Positions 1-10,424 of a stretch of DNA of 38,487 nucleotides are shown piece by piece. The notes beneath the pieces were generated by a model. That model searched no databases. It had not been told where the DNA came from and worked only from the letters and a program-made list of their open reading frames with translations. Source of the DNA: Planctomycetota bacterium. GTDB lineage: Bacteria > Planctomycetota > Planctomycetia > Planctomycetales > Planctomycetaceae. The translations under genes and the position numbers were made by a program. The DNA lies in NCBI GenBank assembly GCA_027622115.1, contig JAQBZS010000001.1, forward strand, positions 1 to 38,487. The letters run 5' to 3'. The first letter of the stretch is position 1. Each line of letters begins with the position of its first letter.

Positions 1-58
1 CGCGGAGCTTGTTCCGGCCTACTTTTTTCGGAATTGATTCTTGCACGCGGGCCTACTC

Positions 59-700
59 TTAGGCCTCGATCAAGCCGACGCGAATTGCGAGTCGACACAG
101 GTGGACGCGGTTTACGCGGTTCTTCATGCCGAGCCGCTGGCGAATGCTGCGCAAGTGGTTTTCCACGGATTTCGGCGCGACCCCCAACAAGCGGGCGACG
201 TCCTTGATGTCATGTCCCGACGCAACACAGGCCAGGACTTCGCGTTGGCGAGGAGTTAGCGAAGCCAATAGCTTCCGTTCATGGCAGTCGCGATCCAATG
301 TCGGAGCACTCATCGCAGAATCGGCGGGGGCGTCCACGCAGCGGTAGTGCGAGTTCATGCGGCGGAACAACGATCGCACCACCGGTGGCGGTACACGCGG
401 AAGCAAGACTAGGTCCGAACGGTGTTCGGGTAGGAGGTCCAGGAAGCTCGTGGCCGAAAACATTCGACATCGCATGTCGTCAAGGCCGAAGCGGTGACTG
501 ACAGCCATGGGAACTCGGTCGAGGGCGGGCTCCGATGAAATCAAACCGATGTTCAATCCCATTTCATTCATCCTTGAAATGCACTGGTCTTGGAATGCCC
601 GCTTTGCCGATCTTCCGTCCCAATTAAGCAATCCACGCCGCGCGGCAAGTGTGTTCGCCGCCGACACGATGTTTTCCATCGGTATCGACTTATCGGTCAT
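59..700 (-). CDS. LuxR/NarL-type HTH transcriptional regulator (start uncertain; N-terminal region atypical)
   Basis: C-terminal LTPRQREVLACVASGHDIKDVARLLGVAPKSVENHLRSIRQRLG is a LuxR HTH; no clear receiver phospho-Asp motif. Confidence 0.8.
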   Translation of the reverse strand: MTDKSIPMENIVSAANTLAARRGLLNWDGRSAKRAFQDQCISRMNEMGLNIGLISSEPALDRVPMAVSHRFGLDDMRCRMFSATSFLDLLPEHRSDLVLLPRVPPPVVRSLFRRMNSHYRCVDAPADSAMSAPTLDRDCHERKLLASLTPRQREVLACVASGHDIKDVARLLGVAPKSVENHLRSIRQRLGMKNRVNRVHLCRLAIRVGLIEA

Positions 701-891
701 TCACGATCTTTCAGCCCACATTACTCGCCTAATCCGCAGACTTTGATTGACAGGAATAATTCGCATACGGGTAAGTGCATCTGCCGAAAAGGCATGCTCG
801 GCGGGGGACGGCTCGAAAACCATCGGCAAATTCAGCCGATCGTCCTTCAGAATCATCAAATCATCCGACGCAATTCGAACAGCGCACGACA

Positions 892-922
892 AAGCCCGAA
901 AGGCCAACGGCCCTCCGGGCTT
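892..922. repeat. REP-like hairpin / possible terminator downstream of the DUF1501 gene
   Basis: AAGCCCGAAAGGCC-aac-GGCCCTCCGGGCTT imperfect inverted repeat; the two mismatches become G-U pairs on the minus-strand RNA. Confidence 0.5.
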
Positions 923-1001
923 GTTTGATTCTTGGCGAATTGTCGCTGCGAGAATTATTCTCCACGCGCCATCACGCCAAGTATGAAAGCGAACTTGGAA
1001 C

Positions 1002-2306
1002 CTAGGCGAGTTCCGGAATCGGGTGACCGTCTTCGATCATGTAGACCGGTCGACCGCCCTGATTGATAAATTGCGTCTTCTGGTCGATTCCCAAGACATC
1101 AAAGACCGTGGCCATCAAGTCTTGCGGCTTGATCGTTTTGCTGGCCGGTCGATAGGCCTTGGCATCGGACTCACCAACCGTTTGGCCCATTTTCAGGCCG
1201 CCACCGGCCAGAGCCAATGTGCAGAGCGGACCCCAGTGGTCACGGCCGGCATTGCGATTGATCTTCGGCGTGCGACCGAATTCACCGGTTACCACCAGCA
1301 AGATGTTCTGGTCCAGGCCACGTTGATAAATGTCTTCGACAAATGCCGAGACAGCTTGGTCAACCACCGGCCCGCGACTGTTCATCGCCTTTTCGATCTG
1401 ACCGTGCATGTCCCACCCGCCATAGTTGAGCGTGACAAAGCCACAACCGGCTTCGCACAACCGACGCGCGGTCAACATCTGACTTCCCAGTCCGCTGCCG
1501 TATCGTGCAACAACTCGGGGATCTTCCTGCGATAAGTCGAATGCCTTAGGTGCCTGACCCAGCACCAGATTGAAGGCCTGCTTTTCGAATGCATCCAGGC
1601 CGTCCATCAAGCCGGAGGCATCGGAAGCCCGCTTGAAGCGATCGAAATCATTCAGCAAGGAACGACGATCACCAATGCGTTCGACTTCGGTTCGCAGCGT
1701 CATGTTCTGCTTGGCTTCGGCGTTCGAGCCAAACGGTGCAAAGGCTTTGCCGAGAAACGCCGGGCCATCACTGCTGATGCTGCCCAATCGCACATACGTC
1801 GGCATCCCGGTGACTTGATTGTTGGCACCGCGAATTCTTGAGGCAATCGAACCAATGGACGGGCGAGTCGGTAGGCCGCCGTTGTCGAGGTTGCGATTAC
1901 TGTAGCCCGTCATGACGTAGTGCGTGCCGCTGCCATGACCACTGTCGTTATGGGCAAACGATCGGACAAACGCCATCTTGTCGGCGACTTTCGCCATGCC
2001 TTGGAAATTGCCACCGAGCGACACGCCTGGGAGCACGGTCTTGGCTTCACCAGTGACGCTGCGGTATTCGACCGGAGCCGACATCTTGGGATCAAATGTC
2101 TCGACGTGTGTCGGTCCACCACTCAGCCACAGCCACACAACCGACGTATTCTTCGTGGGCAATCCACTTTTCGCAGCTTGTTCACGAGCCGCCAGCAAAC
2201 CGGGGAGCCCGAGCGATCCGACACCCAATCCGCCGATCTTCAGAAAGTCGCGGCGTGTTTTTCCATCGCAATCCCGAGCACGTCGTTGAGCTTTGAGCGT
2301 CAGCAT
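1002..2306 (-). CDS. DUF1501 domain protein (Tat-like N-terminus)
   Basis: RRDFLKIG, WLSGGPTHVETFDPK, WDMH, GEFGRTPKIN, GRDHW motifs; ATG at 2306 with GGAG RBS upstream. Confidence 0.92.
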   Translation of the reverse strand: MLTLKAQRRARDCDGKTRRDFLKIGGLGVGSLGLPGLLAAREQAAKSGLPTKNTSVVWLWLSGGPTHVETFDPKMSAPVEYRSVTGEAKTVLPGVSLGGNFQGMAKVADKMAFVRSFAHNDSGHGSGTHYVMTGYSNRNLDNGGLPTRPSIGSIASRIRGANNQVTGMPTYVRLGSISSDGPAFLGKAFAPFGSNAEAKQNMTLRTEVERIGDRRSLLNDFDRFKRASDASGLMDGLDAFEKQAFNLVLGQAPKAFDLSQEDPRVVARYGSGLGSQMLTARRLCEAGCGFVTLNYGGWDMHGQIEKAMNSRGPVVDQAVSAFVEDIYQRGLDQNILLVVTGEFGRTPKINRNAGRDHWGPLCTLALAGGGLKMGQTVGESDAKAYRPASKTIKPQDLMATVFDVLGIDQKTQFINQGGRPVYMIEDGHPIPELA

Positions 2307-2538
2307 GGTTGTTCTCCAGGAATGTCGGGCGGCGTAATTCGTTTGTTCCACCCGGCGAAACGAGATGCCACAAACCGTCAACGCGAAGAGGTCACGTCCT
2401 GTGTCCAGGGCGTTGAACCATCGAGTTACGGCACCTAAGTCCAATGACCGTCAGATTATGCGTCGATCCATCAGTCGTCAATGCAAAATATAAAAAACCG
2501 CTTATGCGATCTGGTTTCTCGCAGTGGAGGGACCACTT

Positions 2539-4137
2539 TTAACGGCTACCCAGAACAAGATACGGCTGGAGCGGCAGTTCTTTCCCTTTCACTCGAACGG
2601 GATCCAGAGCCATGCACTCAATCGAATCCTGCACCATCTCGTACGTTTTGGGGCCAATCACGACTTGATGCGGCAAAGCGACCGACGATTCCAGTCGGCT
2701 GGCGACGTTGACCGTGTCGCCGATGACCGTGTAATCGCGGCGTTGAAGCGAACCAATGTCGCCTGCCACCGCCGGGCCGGAATTGACTCCGACTCGCATG
2801 CGAATCTTGTACGTTCCGAACAACTCAAAGTTGTACTTGTCCAGTGCCTCTTGCATCTGAAGTGCGGCGCGGACGGCGCGAATCGCATGGTCGGCCTGAG
2901 TCAGCGGCGCTCCGAAGATTGCCATGATTGCGTCGCCGATGAATTTGTCGACGGTGCCGCCCTCGTCGAAAATCGCCTGCGTCAGTCGTTCGAAGATGCC
3001 GTTCAAGAACGTGGCGACTTCCGTGGCGGTCATCTTTTCGGACATGGCGGTGAAGCCGGACAGGTCGGCGAACAGGATGCTGATCTCGCGCTCTTCCGGT
3101 TCAATCTTGCCCGATCCGGCAAAACTCAGGATGCGTTCCACCACCGCCGGCGAGCTATACCGCGACAAGCGTTCTCGGTCCCGTTCCTCCTTTTGAAGTC
3201 GCTCACGGAGCAAGATCTGCTCCAACCCCACGGCGGTGAACAATGCCATCGCCGCCAGGATTTCGAGTTCGCTTTCCGTAAAGCAAGAGTCCTCTTCCAG
3301 CGTGTCGAGATACAGCAATCCGGTGACGTTCCCGTTGCGATAGAGCGGCGCGCACATCGCTGAACGGACCTGCTGTTCCTGCAAACTGGCGGCGTGGGCG
3401 TAATTGTCTCGCCGAGCGTCTTTAACCAATACACAATTCTTGCCGTCGACGGCTTCTCCAGTCACCGTTTGACTCAGCCTGATTTCATCGCCGGGATAGA
3501 CCGATCGGGTGGATTTCAGGTCGATGCGTTTCGATGCTGCGTCGTAGAGACCAACGGCACCGCGTTCGCAGCGGAACGTGGAGAACAACAGTTCCAGAAT
3601 GCTGTCGAGCATTTCGTCCAGCCCTTGAGCGGTGAGCAGCATTTCGCCGGCTCGATTGAATGCCCGAATGAGCGACGATTGCCGGTCCACGGCGGATACC
3701 TGCGGCGTGTGGTCCGCCATGTCGTCAAGCTCGACGATTTCGTCGCTGACGATCATCGACTGAGCGTAGTCGTGAATGTTGATCGAATTCACGATGCTGA
3801 CATCGCCCGGCTGAGTCGACTCGATCGCCGTCACGTTTCCCGATTCGACCAGATGGACTCGCACGTCGAACGTGCCGAGTTTGACAACGTCGTTGTGAGT
3901 CAAACGCGCAGTCGTCACTCGCTGATCGTTGACCAGGGTGCCGTATCGGCTGTTCAAGTCCGTGATCGTCCAGCCGTCGGCGTCCGAGTGCAATTGGGAG
4001 TGACGTCCCGAAATGCCCATTCCGCCGGGGGAAACGACATCGCATTCCGGGGCGCGACCGATCACCACGATTCCCGATTCGAATTCGCGGGAACACGATC
4101 GACCATCGACGAAGTATGTCAACCGAATGACGGGCAT
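2539..4137 (-). CDS. FHA-GAF class III adenylate/guanylate cyclase
   Basis: FHA motifs GRAPECD..SGRH..DLNSRYGT; GAF (SAMCAPL..GLLYLD); cyclase motifs FADLSGFT, DKFIGDA, GDTVNVASRLE. Confidence 0.92.
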   Translation of the reverse strand: MPVIRLTYFVDGRSCSREFESGIVVIGRAPECDVVSPGGMGISGRHSQLHSDADGWTITDLNSRYGTLVNDQRVTTARLTHNDVVKLGTFDVRVHLVESGNVTAIESTQPGDVSIVNSINIHDYAQSMIVSDEIVELDDMADHTPQVSAVDRQSSLIRAFNRAGEMLLTAQGLDEMLDSILELLFSTFRCERGAVGLYDAASKRIDLKSTRSVYPGDEIRLSQTVTGEAVDGKNCVLVKDARRDNYAHAASLQEQQVRSAMCAPLYRNGNVTGLLYLDTLEEDSCFTESELEILAAMALFTAVGLEQILLRERLQKEERDRERLSRYSSPAVVERILSFAGSGKIEPEEREISILFADLSGFTAMSEKMTATEVATFLNGIFERLTQAIFDEGGTVDKFIGDAIMAIFGAPLTQADHAIRAVRAALQMQEALDKYNFELFGTYKIRMRVGVNSGPAVAGDIGSLQRRDYTVIGDTVNVASRLESSVALPHQVVIGPKTYEMVQDSIECMALDPVRVKGKELPLQPYLVLGSR

Positions 4138-4524
4138 GGTTGGCGGCCCTTTGATTAGTGGTGAGATTGCGATGGATGGAATGAGGCCCTCTGCTGGAAG
4201 TCCGAGTTTTCAACACCCTACCCCGGACGAGCCGGAACCCAAAAGGGCGAACACGCCCCAACTCGGGCAATTGATCGGACTGATCTGCCCAATTTCTGAG
4301 GCACCTTGAAGCGACAAGTGCGCGGTTCCGGGACGCTGTTTATACAGTCCAATGGGCCAAAAGGTGATCAACGCCCCGGTCTGCCGGTCGTGGTGCCCAA
4401 CTCACCCGCCCCCGAAAACAGAACCGACTTATTTGAAATTCCCCCAAATCTGTTGACTCATTCTGGTCCAATCGGATACGTCCCAACCATCGGCGTTCGG
4501 AATCCTTTCTCCGTGAGTGAAACA

Positions 4525-5007
4525 ATGTTGAGAACCGCAACATCCCTGATAACCATCGCATGCGTGTTCGCGCATGCGTTGTTGGGATGTTGCATTCACC
4601 ACGCACATGCATGCGGATCGGATGAGCTTTGTTCGAACCAGTGCCGCGTGAGATTGGCTCAAAAGGTCGATTCTCACGAAGCGCGCGAGTCCGCTGAAGC
4701 GAATCATGGTTGCTGCGATGGGTCGCATGGCGCAGCACCGTTGTCGGCGTCGCCTGGAGGCCCTCAAGAAAGTGCCCCCGAGCCATCGCATGGCTGCTGC
4801 GACGAAGAGTCCTGCCAATGGACCAACATGCAGACTCAGGTCGAAGTGCCGTCCAGTTGCAGTTCGGTCGCCACGTTCAACCGCTGCGATCCGAGTTCCT
4901 TGCTCGTAACACGACAGCGTGATTGTCTTCGTCGATGGAGCATGGCTCTCGACAGGCTCTCCTCATCTCTGCGCGTGCATGCGCTCGATCAGGTCTGGCA
5001 GCTTTAG
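4525..5007 (+). CDS. Cys/His-rich hypothetical exported protein upstream of the metal efflux genes
   Basis: ATG at 4525; hydrophobic N-terminus followed by GCCIHHAH, HGCCDGSH, HGCCDEESC. Confidence 0.6.
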   Translation: MLRTATSLITIACVFAHALLGCCIHHAHACGSDELCSNQCRVRLAQKVDSHEARESAEANHGCCDGSHGAAPLSASPGGPQESAPEPSHGCCDEESCQWTNMQTQVEVPSSCSSVATFNRCDPSSLLVTRQRDCLRRWSMALDRLSSSLRVHALDQVWQL

Positions 5008-5285
5008 GCGCCTCGGATCGGCAACGCGACGGCGGCTTAGCCTGGCGGCACCGGCATTGATCGCAGTTTCGCCCATTCTGCCCAATGACGTACGTCCCAT
5101 TTGCCCCATAAGCCGCATCACTCATGGGACTTATGCGACGGATGGGACTGATGTTGATCCCCTCTGGAGCTTGGACGTCAGGTTTGTCGGTCAACCCGAG
5201 GGCTGACGCCGCTGACGCCGGGGCTAAATGCTGTCGCCGCTTCGCGGCTGAATCAGCGCACGAACACACTTCCACAGGTGACATC

Positions 5286-6764
5286 ATGAATCCACCCAAA
5301 CTACCTCCGAAGTTGATCGGTTGGATCATCGCCGTGGTGATTGCTGCCGGAGTCTTCTGGCAGTCCCGGTTATGGCTGCCGTCCGCCAAACAATGGCTCG
5401 CCAATCAGTTGGCGGAAGAACTTCTGGCATCGCAAAAAGACAAACCGTCCGACGCCGCCGCCGATCCGCACGCAGGTCACGACCATGCCGGACACGACGA
5501 CGGATCGTCGCTCGAGTTGTCGAAACAGGCGAGGCACAACATTGGCCTGACCAACGACATGATCCGTGAAATCGAATTGCAGGACTTCGTCCGAACGATC
5601 AGCGTGCCGGCGATCGTGGTTGAGCGGACCGGGCGAACGCGTCTCAAGGTCGTCGCGCCGATGACGGGCGTCGTAACCGCCGTGAATCTCATCAAAGGTG
5701 AATCGATCGAGCCTGGCCGGTTGTTGTTTCGGATCCGACTGACTCACGAGGAACTCGTTCAGGCTCAAACCGTGTTCCTGAAGACGCTGGGTGAATTGGA
5801 TGTCGAAGTCCGCGAGATCAAGCGTCTCAAGGGAATCACGAATCAAGGTGTGATCGCCGGCAAGGTGCTGCTGGAACGAGAATACAGCATGCAGAAGCTC
5901 GAAGCCGAGTTGAGCGCGTATCGCGAGGCGTTGCTGCTCCATGGACTTTCGGAGTCCCAAGTCAACACGATCGCCGAGCGTCGAAAATTACTCGGTGAGT
6001 TGGACGTTATGGCTCCCGGCATGCACACGGAAACCGGCGAGGTGCGTTTGCGCAAGAACGAGGTTGAACCCAACGCGTTGCGGCAGGCGGCGGCGGTTGC
6101 CGAGATACCGCTCGAACGCCGCGAGTTTGTGGTGCAGGATCTCAACGTGACGAAAGGCGAATACGTCCAGGCAGGCCAGACGCTGACGGTGTTGGCCGAC
6201 TTCGCCGAACTCTACATCGAAGGCCGCGCGTTCGAGCACGACACGGACCAACTCGCGACGGCAACGCGAGAAGGCTGGAGCGTGCAAGCGGTTTCGGAAA
6301 CCGGCACGCATCACAAGTCCATGGACGGGTTGAAGATTCTGTTCCTCAACAACGAAATCGAAGCGGAGTCACGCGCGCTGCACTTCTACGTCGGATTGAA
6401 GAACGAGATCGTCAACGAATCGGCGACCGCAGCTAAGCATCGCTTTGTGACCTGGCGCTATCGTCCCGGCCAGCGAATGCAGCTGCGCATTCCCGTGGAA
6501 CGGTGGCAGAACCGCATCGTGTTGCCGATCGATGCGGTGGCTCAGGAAGGTGCCGAGTTCTTCGTCTTTCAACAGAACGGCGACCACTTCGATCGTAAAC
6601 CGGTGCATGTCGAACACCGGGACCAGAAGTGGGCCGTGATTGCCAATGACGGCTCGCTGTTTCCGCGAGACGCCGTGGCGATGACCGGCGCGCATCTCAT
6701 GCAGGTCGCGCTGAAGAACAAAGCCGGCGGGGCACCCGATCCGCACGCGGGACACAACCACTGA
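5286..6764 (+). CDS. RND efflux periplasmic adaptor (CzcB/CusB-like), His-rich
   Basis: N-terminal TM segment, HAGHDHAGHDD, lipoyl/barrel-type motifs (APMTGVV, GEYVQAGQ), LPIDAV, C-terminal PHAGHNH; directly upstream of the RND permease. Confidence 0.88.
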   Translation: MNPPKLPPKLIGWIIAVVIAAGVFWQSRLWLPSAKQWLANQLAEELLASQKDKPSDAAADPHAGHDHAGHDDGSSLELSKQARHNIGLTNDMIREIELQDFVRTISVPAIVVERTGRTRLKVVAPMTGVVTAVNLIKGESIEPGRLLFRIRLTHEELVQAQTVFLKTLGELDVEVREIKRLKGITNQGVIAGKVLLEREYSMQKLEAELSAYREALLLHGLSESQVNTIAERRKLLGELDVMAPGMHTETGEVRLRKNEVEPNALRQAAAVAEIPLERREFVVQDLNVTKGEYVQAGQTLTVLADFAELYIEGRAFEHDTDQLATATREGWSVQAVSETGTHHKSMDGLKILFLNNEIEAESRALHFYVGLKNEIVNESATAAKHRFVTWRYRPGQRMQLRIPVERWQNRIVLPIDAVAQEGAEFFVFQQNGDHFDRKPVHVEHRDQKWAVIANDGSLFPRDAVAMTGAHLMQVALKNKAGGAPDPHAGHNH

Positions 6765-6784
6765 CCGACCCCAGCGTCCAGAAG

Positions 6785-6812
6785 ATCGAAAATCAAAAAT
6801 CAAAAATCAAAA
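6785..6812 (+). repeat. Heptamer tandem repeat (ATCAAAA)x4, first copy imperfect
   Basis: atcgaaa atcaaaa atcaaaa atcaaaa in the gap between adaptor and permease genes. Confidence 0.8.
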
Positions 6813-6821
6813 ACGTCTCCC

Positions 6822-9800
6822 ATGCTGAACGCCATTATTCGATTCGCACTCCGCCAACGCATGCTGATCCTGGTGTTTTCCCTGTTTCTGATGGGAGCCG
6901 GCGGGTGGCAGGCGATCCAGATGGATATCGACGTCTTCCCGAACCTGAACCGTCCTCGAGTGGTGGTCATGGTCGAAGCGCCGGGCATGGCACCGGAAGA
7001 AGTCGAGGCGCTCATTACGATTCCGATCGAAACGGCCATCAACGGCGCGAACGGCGTGGAAGCGGTCCGCAGTTCGGCCGGCGTCGGCATCTCGGTGACC
7101 TACGTGGAATTTGATTGGGGCACCGACATCTACAACGACCGGCAAATTGTGATGGAGCGCTTGCAACTCGTGCAGGACCGCATGCCGCCCGGCATCAAGC
7201 CGCAGCTCGCGCCGATTTCGTCGATCATGGGCCAGATCATCATGGTCGGCATGTGGAGCGAAGGCGGCAAAACGTCGCCGCTGGAAGTGCGGACGCTGGC
7301 GGATTGGGTCGTTCGACAACGGCTGCTCACGATTCCCGGTGTCTCGCAGGTGTTCACGATGGGTGGCGGGCGGATGCAGTTTCAAGTGCTCGTCGATCCC
7401 GATCGGCTGCTGGACTACGGCGTCACATTGCACGACGTCAAACTCGCGTGCCAAGAGAGCAACGAGAACGCCACCGGGGGATATCTCGACGATCAAGGAC
7501 CGAACGAATTCCTCGTGCGGGCTCTCGGTCGTATCCAGACCATCGACGACCTGAAGAAAGTCGTGGTCAAGATGCGTGAAGGACGTCCGGTACTGCTGAC
7601 GCAAGTCGCCGACGTTGTTCACGGGGCGCAGGTCAAGCGAGGTGACAGTTCGGCGTATGTCCGCAACGACGCGGGTGCATTCTCCGGCGGATCGTCGGTG
7701 ATCCTGACCATCAACAAACAGCCGAACGCGGATACTCGCGAAGTCACCGACGAGATCACCAAGGCGCTGGAAGAGTTGAAGCCGACCTTGCCGGACGACA
7801 TTCGGATCAAGCCGGGACTGTATTCGCAAAAAGCGTTCATCGATCGCGCCATCGAAAACGTTGTGGAAGCTCTACGCGACGGCGGCATCCTCGTGGTCGT
7901 CATCCTGTTTCTGTTCCTGATGAATTTCCGCACGACATTCATCACGCTCACGGCGATTCCGTTGTCGATCGCGATTACGGCGCTCGTGTTTGCCGCCTTT
8001 GGCTTATCGATCAACACCATGACGCTCGGCGGATTGGCGGTGGCCATCGGCGAACTGGTCGACGACGCCATTGTCGACGTGGAAAACATCTTCCGGCGTC
8101 TGCGCGAGAATCGCCACGCAGAGCATCCGAAGCACGCGCTGCTCGTCGTGTTTCAGGCGAGTTGTGAAATCCGCAACTCGATCGTCTTCGGGACCATGAT
8201 CGTCGTCTTGGTGTTCTTGCCGCTGTTCGCCCTGTCCGGCATGGAAGGCCGTCTGTTCGCGCCGCTGGGAGTGGCCTACATCGTGTCCATTCTCTCGTCG
8301 CTCGTTGTTTCGCTGACGCTGACGCCCGTGCTGTCTTACTGGCTGCTTTCCGGTCCGACGCTGATGAAGACCGAGAAAGACGGGCCTCTGTTGCGTTTCC
8401 TGAAATGGGCTTCCGGCGCGGTCATGTCGCTGAGCCTGCGAAATGCCAAGACCATGCTGATCCTCGGCTCGTGTGGTGTGGCGATTGCCTTCGCGGCGCT
8501 CGCCAGTCTGGAGCGAGACTTCCTGCCGCCGTTCAACGAGGGTGTGGCGCAGCTCAATGTCGTGTTGCCGCCGGGGACGTCGCTGAAGAAGTCGAACGAC
8601 ATTGGCGAAACCGTGATCAAGCGGCTCATGGCTGTTGAAGGGGTCGAGGCGGTCTCCAGACGTACCGGTCGAGCCGAACTCGACGAACACGCTGAAGGCG
8701 TCAACATCACCGAGTTGATCATCAACTTCGACCCGAGTTCCGGCCGCACCCGTGACGAGGTCCTCGACGAAATCCGACACGCGATGGAAGACATTCCCGG
8801 GATCGTCACGACGGTCGAACAGCCGATCTCGCATTTGATCTCGCACATGATCTCCGGCGTGAAAGCTCAAGTCGGCATCAAGATCTACGGCGACGACCTC
8901 AACCTTCTGCGACGCAAAGCACAGGAGATGGCGGCGAAAATGCGAGCCATCGACGGCGTCACCGACTTACTGGTCGAACCGCAGGTCGAGATCCCGCAAC
9001 TCCGCATCCAGCTCGATCGAGACAAGCTCGTTTTGTACGGACTCACTCCGGCCTACGTGAATGAGTACATCTCGACCGCGATGAACGGCGTGGTGGTCAG
9101 CGAAGTTCTCCTCGGACAACGCACGTTCGATCTGCTGATTCGGATGCGTGAAGAATACCGCGAAGACATGCAGGCGTTGGAACGACTGTCGATCGATCTA
9201 CCCCACGGCGGCACGACGCCTTTGTCGTCCGTCGCGAAGATCTACAAGTCGAGCGGGCCGAACACGATCAACCGCGAACTGGTTCGGCGTCGCATCGTGA
9301 TCCAGTGCAACGTCACCGGTCGCGGATTGGTGGACGTCGTCACCGAAATGCAGGCGGCGCAAGAGTCGGTCGTCGAATCATTGCCGCCGGGTTACTTCGT
9401 GAAATACGAAGGCCAGTTTCAAAGCGAGAAGTCCGCGAGCCGTATCCTTGGCATCTTGTTCGGTGTGTCGTTGCTCGGCGTGCTGATGGTGCTGTACACG
9501 ATGTTTCGGTCCATCAATTTCTCGATACAGGTGATGGCCGCGTTGCCGATGGCCTTCATCGGCTCCGTGACCGCGTTGGTGATCACCAATCAGACACTCA
9601 CCGTCGCGGCGATGGTCGGATTCATTTCGCTGGGCGGCATCGCCTCCCGCAACGGCATCCTGCTGCTGAACCATTACCTGCACCTCGTCCGCTACGAAGG
9701 CGAAACATGGTCGCGGGACATGATTATCCGCGCCGGCAAAGAGCGACTGGCACCCGTGCTGATGACCGCGTTGACCTCCGGAATTGGACTCGTCCCGTTG

Positions 9801-10025
9801 GCGATGTCCGCCGGTGAACCGGGCAAGGAAATCCTATACCCGATCGCCACAGTCATTCTTGGTGGGTTGTGCAGCAGCACGCTGTTGGAGTTTTTTGTTC
9901 GCCCGGCCTTGTTCTGGAAGTTTGGTCGCAAAGCGGGCGAACGATTGATCGCAACGTCGTTTGCCGAAGTCGACCTCGTGGAAGAGAAGGACAGCGTCCC
10001 CAAATCAAATTATTCCGCCCACTAA
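6822..10025 (+). CDS. CzcA/CusA-family heavy-metal efflux RND permease
   Basis: 1067 aa; DVFPNLNRP, ELVDDAIVDVEN, GRAELDEHAE, ERLAPVLMTAL motifs. Confidence 0.95.
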   Translation: MLNAIIRFALRQRMLILVFSLFLMGAGGWQAIQMDIDVFPNLNRPRVVVMVEAPGMAPEEVEALITIPIETAINGANGVEAVRSSAGVGISVTYVEFDWGTDIYNDRQIVMERLQLVQDRMPPGIKPQLAPISSIMGQIIMVGMWSEGGKTSPLEVRTLADWVVRQRLLTIPGVSQVFTMGGGRMQFQVLVDPDRLLDYGVTLHDVKLACQESNENATGGYLDDQGPNEFLVRALGRIQTIDDLKKVVVKMREGRPVLLTQVADVVHGAQVKRGDSSAYVRNDAGAFSGGSSVILTINKQPNADTREVTDEITKALEELKPTLPDDIRIKPGLYSQKAFIDRAIENVVEALRDGGILVVVILFLFLMNFRTTFITLTAIPLSIAITALVFAAFGLSINTMTLGGLAVAIGELVDDAIVDVENIFRRLRENRHAEHPKHALLVVFQASCEIRNSIVFGTMIVVLVFLPLFALSGMEGRLFAPLGVAYIVSILSSLVVSLTLTPVLSYWLLSGPTLMKTEKDGPLLRFLKWASGAVMSLSLRNAKTMLILGSCGVAIAFAALASLERDFLPPFNEGVAQLNVVLPPGTSLKKSNDIGETVIKRLMAVEGVEAVSRRTGRAELDEHAEGVNITELIINFDPSSGRTRDEVLDEIRHAMEDIPGIVTTVEQPISHLISHMISGVKAQVGIKIYGDDLNLLRRKAQEMAAKMRAIDGVTDLLVEPQVEIPQLRIQLDRDKLVLYGLTPAYVNEYISTAMNGVVVSEVLLGQRTFDLLIRMREEYREDMQALERLSIDLPHGGTTPLSSVAKIYKSSGPNTINRELVRRRIVIQCNVTGRGLVDVVTEMQAAQESVVESLPPGYFVKYEGQFQSEKSASRILGILFGVSLLGVLMVLYTMFRSINFSIQVMAALPMAFIGSVTALVITNQTLTVAAMVGFISLGGIASRNGILLLNHYLHLVRYEGETWSRDMIIRAGKERLAPVLMTALTSGIGLVPLAMSAGEPGKEILYPIATVILGGLCSSTLLEFFVRPALFWKFGRKAGERLIATSFAEVDLVEEKDSVPKSNYSAH

Positions 10026-10424
10026 CGTCCCTGGTACTACAACTCTGCGTTTTGTTGTTTTCCTGCACATTTTCCACCACTGACCCTGTGTCAGTGGAGA
10101 AATGACTGACTGCTACTACTACCGAACGTCCCACGCTCGACCACGCCAAGATGAAGTGGAACATGACCCAGAGAATGTGTTGGATTGATTGTGTCGGCCC
10201 TTCGGGCCTAACCGCCTTGGTTGCCGGCTGACCGGTCGAATGCGTCCACCGACGCAGGGTCGGTGGTGCGAAAACTGGTCATCGTGTCCATGCCAGTTCT
10301 CACAGTAAATACGGTTTAGATTTAGAAAGGAGCAGCGATCCAATGAGCCAACCATAAGCACCAGCAATTCGCGTTCGATTCGAAGACCCTCACTCCTTCA
10401 AACCACGACACGAAAGTCAAAACC

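Noticed and set aside
6807..7829. Long antisense ORFs (also 21937..23061, 34245..35186, 36687..37673, 25827..26669)
   Set aside because: Shadow frames of well-supported genes in GC-rich DNA, with no motifs
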